Part shown: positions 40,033 through 50,117 of the stretch, piece by piece | How positions within the stretch are numbered: the stretch's first letter is position 1 | Layout: each line of letters opens with the position of its first letter | IMG/VR virus record: IMGVR_UViG_3300023231_000362 | Strand: one strand, 5' to 3' | DNA from: an uncultured virus (IMG/VR IMGVR_UViG_3300023231_000362) | Taxonomy: Duplodnaviria > Heunggongvirae > Uroviricota > Caudoviricetes | Length of the DNA stretch: 64,000 bases | The notes under the pieces: generated by a model | Database searches by the model: none | Seen by the model: the letters and a program-made list of their open reading frames with translations, nothing else | What the model was told of the DNA's origin: nothing | Position numbers and translations under genes: made by a program

Positions 40033-40923
40033 ATGAAAATCTTGATGATGTTAATGGCAACACTGTTAGTTTCAGGATGTGCAACTGTCGCTGGTAAAAC
40101 ATCCTTTGAAGCACCTACAATTGTACAGAGCCAAGACGAAATGTTTTATAATATCCCGCCTCCTGCACAAGGACCTATATACATTGCTGTTTATTCGTTT
40201 GAAGACAAAACAGGTCAACGTAAACCCAGTGAGCGTTTTTCAAACATATCTACAGCAGTAACACAGGGGTCGGTTGAATGGGTAATTAAAAGTCTTAAAG
40301 AAGTAGGCAACGGTGAGTGGTTTAAGGTTATTGAGCGTGTTGGCTTAGACAACCTAACTAAAGAGAGACAGATTATTAGGCAACAAAGACAAGCAGTTGA
40401 CGATCAAAGTACACTTAAGCCATTAAAATATGCAGGAATTTTACTGGAAGGTGCTATAGTAGGGTACGATAGTAATATAAAAACAGGCGGTAGTGGTGCA
40501 AGATATTTAGGAATAGGATTACACCAGGAGTATAGGGAGGATGTAGTAACAGTTGCGATGCGAGTTATTTCTACTCAGACTGGTGAGGTATTAGTGGCAG
40601 TTACTGCTAGTAAGACTATTATAAGTTATGGCACTAGTCTATCAGCATTTAGATTTATTGATATGGGAACACGTGCCGTAGAGATAGAAGCTGGTAACTA
40701 CACAAACGAGCCTACCACAGTTGCAGTTCAACGAGTTATTGACGCCGCAGTAATAGAAATGATTATGCAAGGCAAAGCAAATGGGTACTGGGACTTTAAA
40801 AACTCAGAGGTCACTGTATCATCTGACAGAATAGAAAATGTGTCAAAACAGCTGTCAGAGGTCGAAATGTTACAAGAAGAGTATGAAAAACAGCTAAAAC
40901 TAATAGAAAAGAACCCACTTTGA
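40033..40923 (+). CDS. csgG: CsgG curli secretion channel lipoprotein
   Basis: Lipobox VSGC; AVYSFEDKTGQRK, STAVTQG, ERVGLDNLTKERQIIR. Confidence 0.93.
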   Translation: MKILMMLMATLLVSGCATVAGKTSFEAPTIVQSQDEMFYNIPPPAQGPIYIAVYSFEDKTGQRKPSERFSNISTAVTQGSVEWVIKSLKEVGNGEWFKVIERVGLDNLTKERQIIRQQRQAVDDQSTLKPLKYAGILLEGAIVGYDSNIKTGGSGARYLGIGLHQEYREDVVTVAMRVISTQTGEVLVAVTASKTIISYGTSLSAFRFIDMGTRAVEIEAGNYTNEPTTVAVQRVIDAAVIEMIMQGKANGYWDFKNSEVTVSSDRIENVSKQLSEVEMLQEEYEKQLKLIEKNPL

Positions 40924-41029
40924 AATAGTGCTATGTATTTATTTGTGCAGTATTATTTAAATAGCAATAAGTGTTATATCATCACTATGATCTGATATGT
41001 GTGGCTACATGGCCAAGGGAAGAGGAAAA

Positions 41030-41671
41030 ATGAAAATTTTAAGAACTATTGTAGGTGCAATATTACTGATAACTTGTGGCACGGTTTTTGCGAATGACGT
41101 GTATATTGATCAGGCAGGTGATAGTTCAACAATCACAGTTATACAACAGAACGGGACTAACACAGTAAACTCGTCGGGAGATGCCGCAACACTCAGTGGT
41201 GATAGTATTACATTAAGTATTACCCAAGACGGTAATTTGAATAATGCAGACATTGAATTAGAAAATAGCGCAACTTCATCAAATGTTGATATTGATGTTC
41301 TGGGTAGCAGTAACGAAACTAACGTTAGTGTTGACGGTGCATCCAGTACAACTGTTGATATTGACATTACGGGTGATACAAACTGGGCAACAGTTTGTGG
41401 ATCTAACGACAGTGCATCAGGGGTTGCAATGACTTGTACAGGCGGTATTACTGACAGTACAACTTCAAATACTATTTCGATAACAGGTGATACCAACGCT
41501 GTTAACATTGAAGCAACAGGTGCAAGTCAAACTAACACAGTAACTATTGGAGCAGATTCGTTAGACCTAAGCGATGCTAATACTGTTGACATCTTAAATG
41601 ATGTTACAGGTTCAAATGTTATTCTTAACATCGACGGGCAAGACAACGATGTTGACATCACAGTTCAGTAG
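41030..41671 (+). CDS. Secreted curlin-like beta-solenoid protein
   Basis: Signal peptide; repeated I-x-Q/I-x-G-x-x-N units. Confidence 0.7.
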   Translation: MKILRTIVGAILLITCGTVFANDVYIDQAGDSSTITVIQQNGTNTVNSSGDAATLSGDSITLSITQDGNLNNADIELENSATSSNVDIDVLGSSNETNVSVDGASSTTVDIDITGDTNWATVCGSNDSASGVAMTCTGGITDSTTSNTISITGDTNAVNIEATGASQTNTVTIGADSLDLSDANTVDILNDVTGSNVILNIDGQDNDVDITVQ

Positions 41672-42746
41672 GACTCTATTTGCTGTAACATTTCTTATAT
41701 CCTCTACAGTATTTGCAAAAGGTATAGGGAATGTTACAGAACAAACTGGGCCTGCGGAGATAAGCAGAGCAAAATCAAAACTACCTAGCGAAAAAGGTGC
41801 TGACATCTTTATGCAAGATGTTATACAGACAGCAAAGTCAAAAGTAGGCATAACTTTTGCAGATAACACCAAAATCCGCATTATCGAACAAAGTAAATTA
41901 ATAGTAGATGAATTTATCTACGATCCAGGGAGTGAAACGCCAGGTAAACTAGGCATGAAAGTAGTGTTAGGCACAGTACGCTACGCATCTGGTAAAATAG
42001 CAAAAGACAATGCTGAGAATGTTAACATTCAAACACCAACTGCTACTATTGCTGTTCGAGGAACAGACTTCACAATGACTGTAGACGAGATAGGACGTAG
42101 TCTTGTTATTCTACTACCTAGTTGCCCAACTGACAATGAAGTAGACTGTTATGTGGGGGAGATTGAAGTTCTAACAGACGTGGGTGCTGTTATTATGAAT
42201 CAGGCATTTCAGGCTACATTGGTAACTAGCAGTGATTCAATGCCTACTGAACCAACAATTGTTAACATTACAGAAGCATTGATTGACAATTTTCTTATTA
42301 TTAGTCCACCAGAAGAAGTTAGGATAGCTCAAGAAGAGCAAGAGCGCAGTAAAGATCCACTAGACAAAGACTTATTAAAATTTGATGATTTAGACACTAA
42401 CCAGTTAGACGAAGAAGATGAACTAGCAAATAATTACGAACTTGACATAAATTACTTAGATTTTGATTTCTTAGGCAATATGCTGGACTTGACCACAGTG
42501 GACTTAAACAGAGACCAATTGGAAACAAACGAGACGCTACCAACAATACAACAGTACAGTTGGATATTATGGTATGCAAACGAAGAAGAGATTTTTATGA
42601 GAAGTGAGAGACCACCTCATGTTGCTGAGATAAGTCTGGAACGAGTTATGGAAGGCAACGTAAATATTACACAGGATGACGTCCCAGCTCAAATACAAGT
42701 TCAAGGTGGTTCAGGAACAGAAATAACTATTATACAGAGTCAATAA
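41649..42746 (+). CDS. FecR-domain exported protein
   Basis: D.IQT...I.FADNT...TPTATIAVRGTDF. Confidence 0.88.
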   Translation: MLTSQFSRTLFAVTFLISSTVFAKGIGNVTEQTGPAEISRAKSKLPSEKGADIFMQDVIQTAKSKVGITFADNTKIRIIEQSKLIVDEFIYDPGSETPGKLGMKVVLGTVRYASGKIAKDNAENVNIQTPTATIAVRGTDFTMTVDEIGRSLVILLPSCPTDNEVDCYVGEIEVLTDVGAVIMNQAFQATLVTSSDSMPTEPTIVNITEALIDNFLIISPPEEVRIAQEEQERSKDPLDKDLLKFDDLDTNQLDEEDELANNYELDINYLDFDFLGNMLDLTTVDLNRDQLETNETLPTIQQYSWILWYANEEEIFMRSERPPHVAEISLERVMEGNVNITQDDVPAQIQVQGGSGTEITIIQSQ

Positions 42747-43972
42747 TGTTTAAAAGACTTGTCTTAATACTCTTTAGTTGGTTAATATTTGTTGCTACTC
42801 CTACATGGGCAGATTTAGATTATACCTCATATTACATAACCTCATATGCACCCAGTCTTGAATTTCCATACTACGATAACGTAGCAGGCTATAATAGTGA
42901 TGGATCGAACTCAAGTCCATCTTATCTAAGCAGTGTACTCAGCACAGGAACGATGTCAGGCATAAGTGGGTATAATTGGGGTAGTGTATTAGACAGTGGT
43001 CGTTCAGATTATGTAGCATTAGAAATAACAGGATACATCACATGGCCAGGCACAGCAGGTGTATCAACAACTGTGTACTTTGGTGTAAGAGCAGATGATG
43101 GCGTGTTTATGAACATAGATGGCACTAACGTAATCCAGGACTGGCAACAACAAGGTGGTGCCACTTGGAATGCTCAAGGTTCTATTACACTTACGGGCGG
43201 GCAAGAATATCCAATTACAGTTTGGTGGTACGAGTGGGGAGGCGGTGCAGAACTTGATATCAATTACAGTTTAACTGATTATCAGTATTCTAATCAAGCA
43301 AACATACCCACAAGTTGGCTCAGTACAACTTCTACATCGAGTAGTTCTTCAGCAACGCCATCATATTCTTCTGGGCCAACTTCTGCACAACAAACTAGAA
43401 TAAACTCTAATAGATCAGCTATAAGTTCAGGCTCTAGTAACGATATAGATATTAATATAACAGGTGATAGCAATGATATTTTTATTTCGCAGGCAGGTGA
43501 ACCAAGTCTTTTGTTGCTAAATGTTACAGGAAACCTTAACGACATCGACATAGATCAAGATGCTAGTACGTCAGCAACCAGCTATGGGCATTATACAGAA
43601 GCTGAAATTTTAGGCGACAGTAATATACTAGACTTAACTCAAACAGGCAGTGGGAACCATACAGCATTTATTGATGTTAACGGAGATAGTAACTCAGCAA
43701 CACTGATTCAGAAAGATGGGGGCAACCATTATCTACAATTGGATTTAATTGGTGACAACAATACTGCTACAATAACACAGCAAGGTGCTGGTGACCATGC
43801 GGCTACTGTTGAACTAACAGAGAGCGGTGGTAGTTGGACATTTAGTCTAGATCAGAACGGCACCAACGATAAAACATATAGTTTACCACATAGTATGAGT
43901 GATGAATCAACAACAAGCGGAACATGCTATACCAGTGCAGGATGCTCATTGACTGTAACACAAGGCGACTAA
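42746..43972 (+). CDS. Secreted PA14-domain plus curlin-repeat protein
   Basis: Signal peptide; GYI...ADDG...YEWGGGA; C-terminal QxGxxNH repeats. Confidence 0.8.
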   Translation: MFKRLVLILFSWLIFVATPTWADLDYTSYYITSYAPSLEFPYYDNVAGYNSDGSNSSPSYLSSVLSTGTMSGISGYNWGSVLDSGRSDYVALEITGYITWPGTAGVSTTVYFGVRADDGVFMNIDGTNVIQDWQQQGGATWNAQGSITLTGGQEYPITVWWYEWGGGAELDINYSLTDYQYSNQANIPTSWLSTTSTSSSSSATPSYSSGPTSAQQTRINSNRSAISSGSSNDIDINITGDSNDIFISQAGEPSLLLLNVTGNLNDIDIDQDASTSATSYGHYTEAEILGDSNILDLTQTGSGNHTAFIDVNGDSNSATLIQKDGGNHYLQLDLIGDNNTATITQQGAGDHAATVELTESGGSWTFSLDQNGTNDKTYSLPHSMSDESTTSGTCYTSAGCSLTVTQGD

Positions 43973-44134
43973 ACGTCTTGACTACACGGATCTAGTGTGT
44001 TATAGTAATGCATGTCTAAAAGTTTTACAAACATTGGAGCAATAAATAGTTGCAACCGGCCTTTTCTGGCATTCAACCCGGTATACAAATTCTGCAAGTC
44101 TATGTTATAATTACTTTTAATATAGGACATAATA

Positions 44135-44635
44135 ATGAACGAACCAAGACAATACAAGTACGTGAGCACAAAAGAATACGTTGATCAGTTTCCGTGTGCA
44201 TATAGACAATGGAGAGCTGACAGTCACTGCAACGTAATACACGGTTATGCGTTTACAATGCGTTTCTTTTTTGGAACAGACGACCTAGATGTTAGAAACT
44301 GGGTTGCCGATTACGGCGGATTAACGGAACTAAAGCAAATATTACAGGATCAGTTTGACCATACGCTACTGGTTGCTGAAGACGACCCAGAAATAGAAAT
44401 GTACAAGCAACTGCAAGCAAAGAAGTTGGCTAAACTAACTATCTTACCAAAACTTGGTTGCGAAGGCCTTGCAGACCAACTGTACAAATATGTAAATGGT
44501 GTGTATATCCCAGACATGTGGGGGCAAAGCGAAGCAGATAGACTTTGGTGTTACAGAGTAGAAGTACGTGAAACACAAAGCAACATGGCTTGGCGTGAGG
44601 GACACAGAGAATGGAACGAGGACTTGTATGAGTAA
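44135..44635 (+). CDS. queD: 6-carboxytetrahydropterin synthase / PTPS family
   Basis: C...HGY, DYGGL, FDHT, E.LA, VRET. Confidence 0.8.
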   Translation: MNEPRQYKYVSTKEYVDQFPCAYRQWRADSHCNVIHGYAFTMRFFFGTDDLDVRNWVADYGGLTELKQILQDQFDHTLLVAEDDPEIEMYKQLQAKKLAKLTILPKLGCEGLADQLYKYVNGVYIPDMWGQSEADRLWCYRVEVRETQSNMAWREGHREWNEDLYE

Positions 44636-44784
44636 TGCAATCACCTTGTCAGAAAATTTGTGTTATGGAAAATGGCTATTGTTTGGGCTGTAATCGTACA
44701 CAAGAAGAAATAGCCAACTGGATTAGCTATACAGATGCACAACGTGACAGCATAGTACAACAACTAGAAGACAGAGAAGTATGA
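44635..44784 (+). CDS. DUF1289-like small Cys-rich protein
   Basis: Hand-translated MQSPCQKIC...CLGCNRTQEEIANW; TAATG coupling. Confidence 0.8.
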   Translation: MQSPCQKICVMENGYCLGCNRTQEEIANWISYTDAQRDSIVQQLEDREV

Positions 44785-44912
44785 ATCATTTTATTAGTGG
44801 ATATGGATTCGATGAAATTGGACGACAGACAGTTTCATGTATAAGGAGGTGACACCATATTGATTCCGGATGGTGCGTTTCATCGAGTCCATAACACTAG
44901 TGACGATGGTGT
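44776..44912 (+). pseudogene. Cupin gene remnant
   Basis: MKLDDRQFHV*GGDTILIPDGAFHRVHN (cupin motif 2) with TAA at 44842 and upstream frameshifts. Confidence 0.65.
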
Positions 44913-44915
44913 TCT

Positions 44916-46037
44916 TTGAAAATATCTGAACACAAAATATTTAATTTTGTTACCCCAACCAGTGCAATAAATGTTGCTAGTGACTGGTTAGGCCACGATC
45001 ACGTAAACTGGCAGTTTACTGATGATTACACAGAAGCACTAGCACAACCGTGTAAGATTGCTATGATGCCTGCATTGTTTAATTGTCCAGGCAGTTATAC
45101 GTATAGAGAGAAGTTTAAAAAATACGACTTTAGCAAGTTTGATCTGGTGGTGTTAAGTGATATAGAATGTCATAGCCAAGACTATATTATAGAAGAATGC
45201 ATTCAACCTGCTGGAATTAAAAACTATCTGGTTGCGGCTGGTGGGGTTACAACTGAACTAACAGACCCCGACTTTATATACAGACCTTGGTGGATGTTTC
45301 ACCATCGTAACCTAAACTCTATTCAAGTGAGTAGTTATAATAAGCGTGAGTTTCTGTTTGATGCGTTATTGGGATCCCGTAAATTGCATCGTAGTTATGT
45401 AATGGCACGTTTACAACAGCGTCCAGATTTACTCTCAAACTCTATTGTAAACTATAGAGACACGTTTATTAATCATTGGGGAGACAACCCTAAGTACTTG
45501 TACGATCATGTACGAAAAACACTAGATGGCAAAGAGTTGCTGTGGCCTTACGTAAGCAAAAACTTTACAGAAGAACAACCACAAGATTTAGAACCACATC
45601 AAATAAGTGAAGTCACACCCTGGGACATATACGAAAAGACACACTACAGTATATGTTGTGAAAGTTTTGGCAACAACCCAGATGACACAAATCCTGGACC
45701 TTTCTTCCTGACAGAGAAGACTGCTAAGATGTTTATGGCGCAACGTATGTTTATAATGTTTGCACCACAGCATACGTTACGATTCATAAAAAGTCTAGGA
45801 TTTGAAACTTTTGACTCGGTTATAGATGAAAGTTATGACGACATAGCAGATCCTAGAAAAAGATTTGATAGAGCATTTGACCAAGTTGAATATCTAGCTA
45901 AACAAGATCCTGCAGGAGTCTACGAAAAAGTTATGTTTATAACACAATATAACTTTTTTATGTTTATGGACCTTATTAAAAAGACCAAAGAAGCCATGCT
46001 TAACAAGTTGCTACAAAAAATAGATAACATAGAGTAA
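44916..46037 (+). CDS. Glycosyltransferase-like protein, paralog of 38328..39521
   Basis: ICCES...FLTEKTAK...GFETF..VIDESYD. Confidence 0.55.
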   Translation: MKISEHKIFNFVTPTSAINVASDWLGHDHVNWQFTDDYTEALAQPCKIAMMPALFNCPGSYTYREKFKKYDFSKFDLVVLSDIECHSQDYIIEECIQPAGIKNYLVAAGGVTTELTDPDFIYRPWWMFHHRNLNSIQVSSYNKREFLFDALLGSRKLHRSYVMARLQQRPDLLSNSIVNYRDTFINHWGDNPKYLYDHVRKTLDGKELLWPYVSKNFTEEQPQDLEPHQISEVTPWDIYEKTHYSICCESFGNNPDDTNPGPFFLTEKTAKMFMAQRMFIMFAPQHTLRFIKSLGFETFDSVIDESYDDIADPRKRFDRAFDQVEYLAKQDPAGVYEKVMFITQYNFFMFMDLIKKTKEAMLNKLLQKIDNIE

Positions 46038-46044
46038 ATACGTT

Positions 46045-48075
46045 ATGTTCAAAAAAATATTGCTGAGTCCCTGGACAGCAATAATCACATTATTAATATG
46101 CGCATATATTAAAATGTCGGATCCAGGATTTGTGGAAAGTGTTAGGCTACGTTACTTCGATACTCTAATTACAAGCCAAGAACCAGTACAAAATAACATA
46201 CACACTGTTAATATAGACGACCTTGCACTAACCGAAATAGGCGCATGGCCCGTGCCCAGAGACTATTATGCAGACTTAATTGTAGACCTATATAACAGGA
46301 ATGCAGGGCTGGTTGTGTTAAATGTTCTCATGCCAGAAGCATCAGATCAGGACCTAGCACTAGCAGAGGCAATGGAGTCTTATCCTGTCATACTAACAAG
46401 TGTACCTAGCCAATGGAGCAAAAACACACCTAAGAAACCAGGTGCAGTGATTTTAAATCCAGAGTACATGAACACAATTATCAACTATCCTGGCATAATA
46501 GCAAACACTGAAGAGCTAGAACAACGTGCATACGGTGTTGGTATTGCTAACACATTACCAGAGATAGATGGTGTTACTAGACGCATTCCATTAGTTGCCG
46601 CAGTGGGCGAAAACTTATACCCAGGCGTACCGTTAGAGATATTAAGATCAGCCGCAGGAGACACAACCTTTCAGATCAAACTGTTTGAATACGGTGTTGA
46701 GAAAATGCGTATACCAGCCTTTGGTACTATAACTACTGATGCACTGGGACGTATCTGGATAGACTGGAGCCAACAAAGTTATAAACATAGTCTAACTAAT
46801 CTGCCAGAAGATTTTGGTGGAGGCGTAGTTATTATTGGCCCAACAGCGGCAGGTACTAACCAGCCTGTAGCAACAGCATTAGGTGGCAGTTGGCCACATG
46901 AAGTACAAGCCGCAGTAGTAGGTACAATGTTCAATGGTGTAAACATTGTACGTGCTGATTGGGCAGACGGTGCAGAACTACTGGCAATTGTAGTATTAGG
47001 CTTGCTTGCTATTTTTATATCAAGTTGGACATATGGCTTTGTGCCTGTAATAGCGGTTGTTGTAGGCATTTATTATGCGGCTCAATACTATTACACAGAA
47101 CAACGACTATTGTTTGACATAACAGCAATTATATTTGCCTTGGTGTTAACTTATGTGCATGCATATACAGTTAAGTTCTTAAGCGAATTTTATCAGAAGC
47201 AACAGATTAAGAAACAGTTTGGAACTTACATCAGTAAAGAGCTGGTAGCAGAATTACAGAAGCATCCTGAGAAGATGCAGTTAGGTGGTGTTACCAGAGT
47301 CATGACATTCTTGTTTTGTGATATCAGAGGATTTACCCCTATTAGTGAACAGTATAAAACAGATCCACAAGGTCTAACACGACTTATTAATAAGTTCTTA
47401 ACTCCCATGACTAACATAATTATGGAGCATAGGGGAACCATAGATAAGTATATGGGAGACTGTATTATGGCGTTCTGGAATGCGCCACTGGAGATAGAAG
47501 GTCATGAACAAAAAGCAGTACTGGCGGCGCAAGACATGGTTGATGGAGTTAGGCGACTTAATGAAGAACTATCCAAAGATAATCTACTACCTATTAATAT
47601 TGGTATTGGTATTAACACTGGTGCCTGCGTCGTGGGTAATATGGGTTCTGATCAAAGGTTTGATTACAGTGTACTCGGTGATGCTGTCAATCTTGGAAGC
47701 AGGCTTGAAGGCCAATCCAAATCGTACGGAGTCATCACAATCATTGGTGAAGAAACAGCAAAGTCGGTAACCGACACACAATTAATCGAACTAGACTTAA
47801 TTGCTGTTAAAGGCAAAGAAGATCCAGTAACAATATACACTCCTGTAACTTCATCATTTGATGTCGAGATAAAGAAACATCAGGAGTATCTCGACGCATA
47901 TAGAAACAGAGACTGGAACGAAGCTAAGAGGATTGCTGGCGGTAATAAGTTGGCCTTTTCAGGAGAACTTGAACAGTATTATGTGTTAATGAGCGAGCGT
48001 ATTACGGAACTTGAAAAGTCTGACATTAACGACTTAGAGATCTGGGACGGAATTTTTAGAGCGCAAACTAAGTAG
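46045..48075 (+). CDS. CHASE2-domain class III adenylate/guanylate cyclase
   Basis: N-terminal TM, CHASE2 (WP.PR, DGVTRRIPL), three TMs, FCDIRGFT, DKYMGD, GDAVNLGSRLE, VKGK. Confidence 0.93.
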   Translation: MFKKILLSPWTAIITLLICAYIKMSDPGFVESVRLRYFDTLITSQEPVQNNIHTVNIDDLALTEIGAWPVPRDYYADLIVDLYNRNAGLVVLNVLMPEASDQDLALAEAMESYPVILTSVPSQWSKNTPKKPGAVILNPEYMNTIINYPGIIANTEELEQRAYGVGIANTLPEIDGVTRRIPLVAAVGENLYPGVPLEILRSAAGDTTFQIKLFEYGVEKMRIPAFGTITTDALGRIWIDWSQQSYKHSLTNLPEDFGGGVVIIGPTAAGTNQPVATALGGSWPHEVQAAVVGTMFNGVNIVRADWADGAELLAIVVLGLLAIFISSWTYGFVPVIAVVVGIYYAAQYYYTEQRLLFDITAIIFALVLTYVHAYTVKFLSEFYQKQQIKKQFGTYISKELVAELQKHPEKMQLGGVTRVMTFLFCDIRGFTPISEQYKTDPQGLTRLINKFLTPMTNIIMEHRGTIDKYMGDCIMAFWNAPLEIEGHEQKAVLAAQDMVDGVRRLNEELSKDNLLPINIGIGINTGACVVGNMGSDQRFDYSVLGDAVNLGSRLEGQSKSYGVITIIGEETAKSVTDTQLIELDLIAVKGKEDPVTIYTPVTSSFDVEIKKHQEYLDAYRNRDWNEAKRIAGGNKLAFSGELEQYYVLMSERITELEKSDINDLEIWDGIFRAQTK

Positions 48076-48077
48076 TA

Positions 48078-48860
48078 CTACTTAAACTCTATACTTTCTA
48101 ATTCTAGCGGTACTGGGTACGATAGAAACTTGTTTAACAAGTCTAAATTTAACACTTGTCCTATAATCGGATAACCAGTATACAGTTCTATCTTATCTAA
48201 CCCATGTTGCTCTACAAACTCAGGAGCATGTTTAGTAAAATCAGATGTCAGTTTGTCTATATCGGCAAACTCTTCATAATTAATAGTAGCAATGTTTATA
48301 CCTGGTTTAACAAACGTATGAAACTTACAGGTTTGACTGATGTTTTTGTAATCGTTTTCTAGGTAAATTTGCAAAGGCCCGTGACCCACAAACGGATTCT
48401 GCAACTTTAAATCTCCCACAGACATGCTAGTACTAAATTCTATATCGACACTGTCGAACCCGCTATCGTTGTACCACTCTATTTGTAGCCAACCCAACCT
48501 ACTAGGTGCTGTGTCGTCTTGTAGTAAATGTAACCCGTAATGCAAGTCGTGTACAGTGTTATCTAGGTGTTCTGGTACACTATCAAAATCTTTGCCAACA
48601 AGACGTTCTATGTCCTTGTGCATTCGAGCAGTGTTCTCTAATGATAAGTTACTGGCATCCCATGACCAATTAAAATGTTTGTTAACCTGTTCTGCCAGTT
48701 CGCTGAGATATGCAGGTGTAAATTTTAGCCTATCTCGGTAAATGGGGAACTGTTGTTGATAGTTTGTCTGCACTAAATCGTAGTATTTTGTACCAAGTTC
48801 GGTATTAAAAATGTTACAATGTAAGGCAGGAAAGTTTTTATACTTTATGCTTAATTCCAT
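48078..48860 (-). CDS. Hypothetical protein, resembles 9553..10443
   Basis: 260-aa ORF. Confidence 0.7.
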   Translation of the reverse strand: MELSIKYKNFPALHCNIFNTELGTKYYDLVQTNYQQQFPIYRDRLKFTPAYLSELAEQVNKHFNWSWDASNLSLENTARMHKDIERLVGKDFDSVPEHLDNTVHDLHYGLHLLQDDTAPSRLGWLQIEWYNDSGFDSVDIEFSTSMSVGDLKLQNPFVGHGPLQIYLENDYKNISQTCKFHTFVKPGINIATINYEEFADIDKLTSDFTKHAPEFVEQHGLDKIELYTGYPIIGQVLNLDLLNKFLSYPVPLELESIEFK

Positions 48861-49483
48861 AAAAAACGACCGTAGTTTTCTCCTACAAATCCAAAGTAAT
48901 TAGTTTTATATTTGTTTTGTTCTTTCATGTGTAAGTGATGCCATTCGTCTTTGCGTTTAAGTAGTTGTTTCGCACCATCTTCCCAGTCTGTATTCAGTAT
49001 TACTGGTTCGTATTGTTGTCGATATTGTTCTATCTCATCGTAGTTATCACTGTCATACTCCCAGTGTAATATTTCAAACATGTCACCTTGTCTACTTATG
49101 TACTCCAAACTAATATCTAGTCCCCATCTAGGACGTTGTTGTAGCACACGATGTATTCTACCGTCTTGTTCTGCTAAACGCCATAATTGTTTTCTGGCTT
49201 CTCCCTGATACCCTCTCCTATATAGTACGTTGCTGTGATTTAACACAACTCCAAACTTAGTTTCTGCCTGGATAAACCAGTCCGCTTTTTCGCTGGGATA
49301 ACGTTCGCTGTAGATATCACCTGTATTTGCTTTAACAAGTGCTATCTCTAATTCGACAAGATCAAAACTGTTTGGATCCATTAGGTCCGTGGGATTGTCA
49401 GAAAGCATTGATGCATCACAGGGTTTTGTGTAATATCCCACGGGGTCGAGTGGTTTACTGTAAACCAGTTCTAATGTTGTCAC
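48851..49483 (-). CDS. Hypothetical phage protein
   Basis: 210-aa ORF in the minus-strand operon. Confidence 0.7.
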   Translation of the reverse strand: MTTLELVYSKPLDPVGYYTKPCDASMLSDNPTDLMDPNSFDLVELEIALVKANTGDIYSERYPSEKADWFIQAETKFGVVLNHSNVLYRRGYQGEARKQLWRLAEQDGRIHRVLQQRPRWGLDISLEYISRQGDMFEILHWEYDSDNYDEIEQYRQQYEPVILNTDWEDGAKQLLKRKDEWHHLHMKEQNKYKTNYFGFVGENYGRFLWN

Positions 49484-49773
49484 TTCTGCGTACTGCCGTC
49501 TTTCTCTATTTCTCTTATCCTGTCTTCATTTTTACGTCTCTGTTCTTCTTCACGCATCTGTAATACAACATTTAGTTTTTGATTGAGCCTAATTAAGTCA
49601 TTGTCAAGCATACGAATTCTATCAATCAACGCAATCAGCGTCGTTTGTGCTTCGCTTAGTACAGGCTTAACTTGTTCGGTCGCCCACTTCCAGACGTAAA
49701 CTACAAAATATCCAAGACCAACTGCCGCAACTACGGGAAATCCGTATTGCTTTATAAGTTCTACTATATCCAT
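49480..49773 (-). CDS. Small membrane protein, possibly holin-like
   Basis: YGFPVVAA TM followed by ALIDRIRMLDNDLIR. Confidence 0.65.
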   Translation of the reverse strand: MDIVELIKQYGFPVVAAVGLGYFVVYVWKWATEQVKPVLSEAQTTLIALIDRIRMLDNDLIRLNQKLNVVLQMREEEQRRKNEDRIREIEKDGSTQK

Positions 49774-50051
49774 TAATCTCTCCTGGCATCATTTTTCCCA
49801 TCAGCTCGTGCAATGCGATCTAAGTCAGGTTTGACATGTAGAGCGTTTGACATAAGAGTATCAATTCTTATGACGTCGTGATTCATTGTACGCACACGGT
49901 TATCTAAGGCGTTAATAATACCAGTTAATCCTCGCACACTGCCCATAACTCCCTCAAGTATGAAACGTAGGCTTAGAAAAACAAAATATCCACCAGCGAT
50001 AGCCGCCGCTATTGGAAAACCAAGCTCCCCAATTACTTCGAATATTTCCAT
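49773..50051 (-). CDS. Small membrane protein, paralog of 49480..49773
   Basis: LGFPIAAA TM followed by ALDNRVRTMNHDVIR; minus-strand TAAATA at 50070-50075. Confidence 0.65.
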   Translation of the reverse strand: MEIFEVIGELGFPIAAAIAGGYFVFLSLRFILEGVMGSVRGLTGIINALDNRVRTMNHDVIRIDTLMSNALHVKPDLDRIARADGKNDARRD

Positions 50052-50117
50052 TTGTAATTCCCTCACAAGTATTTAGCTGTCAGCTAAATAAAATATAGCA
50101 ACTTTCAAATACAACAA

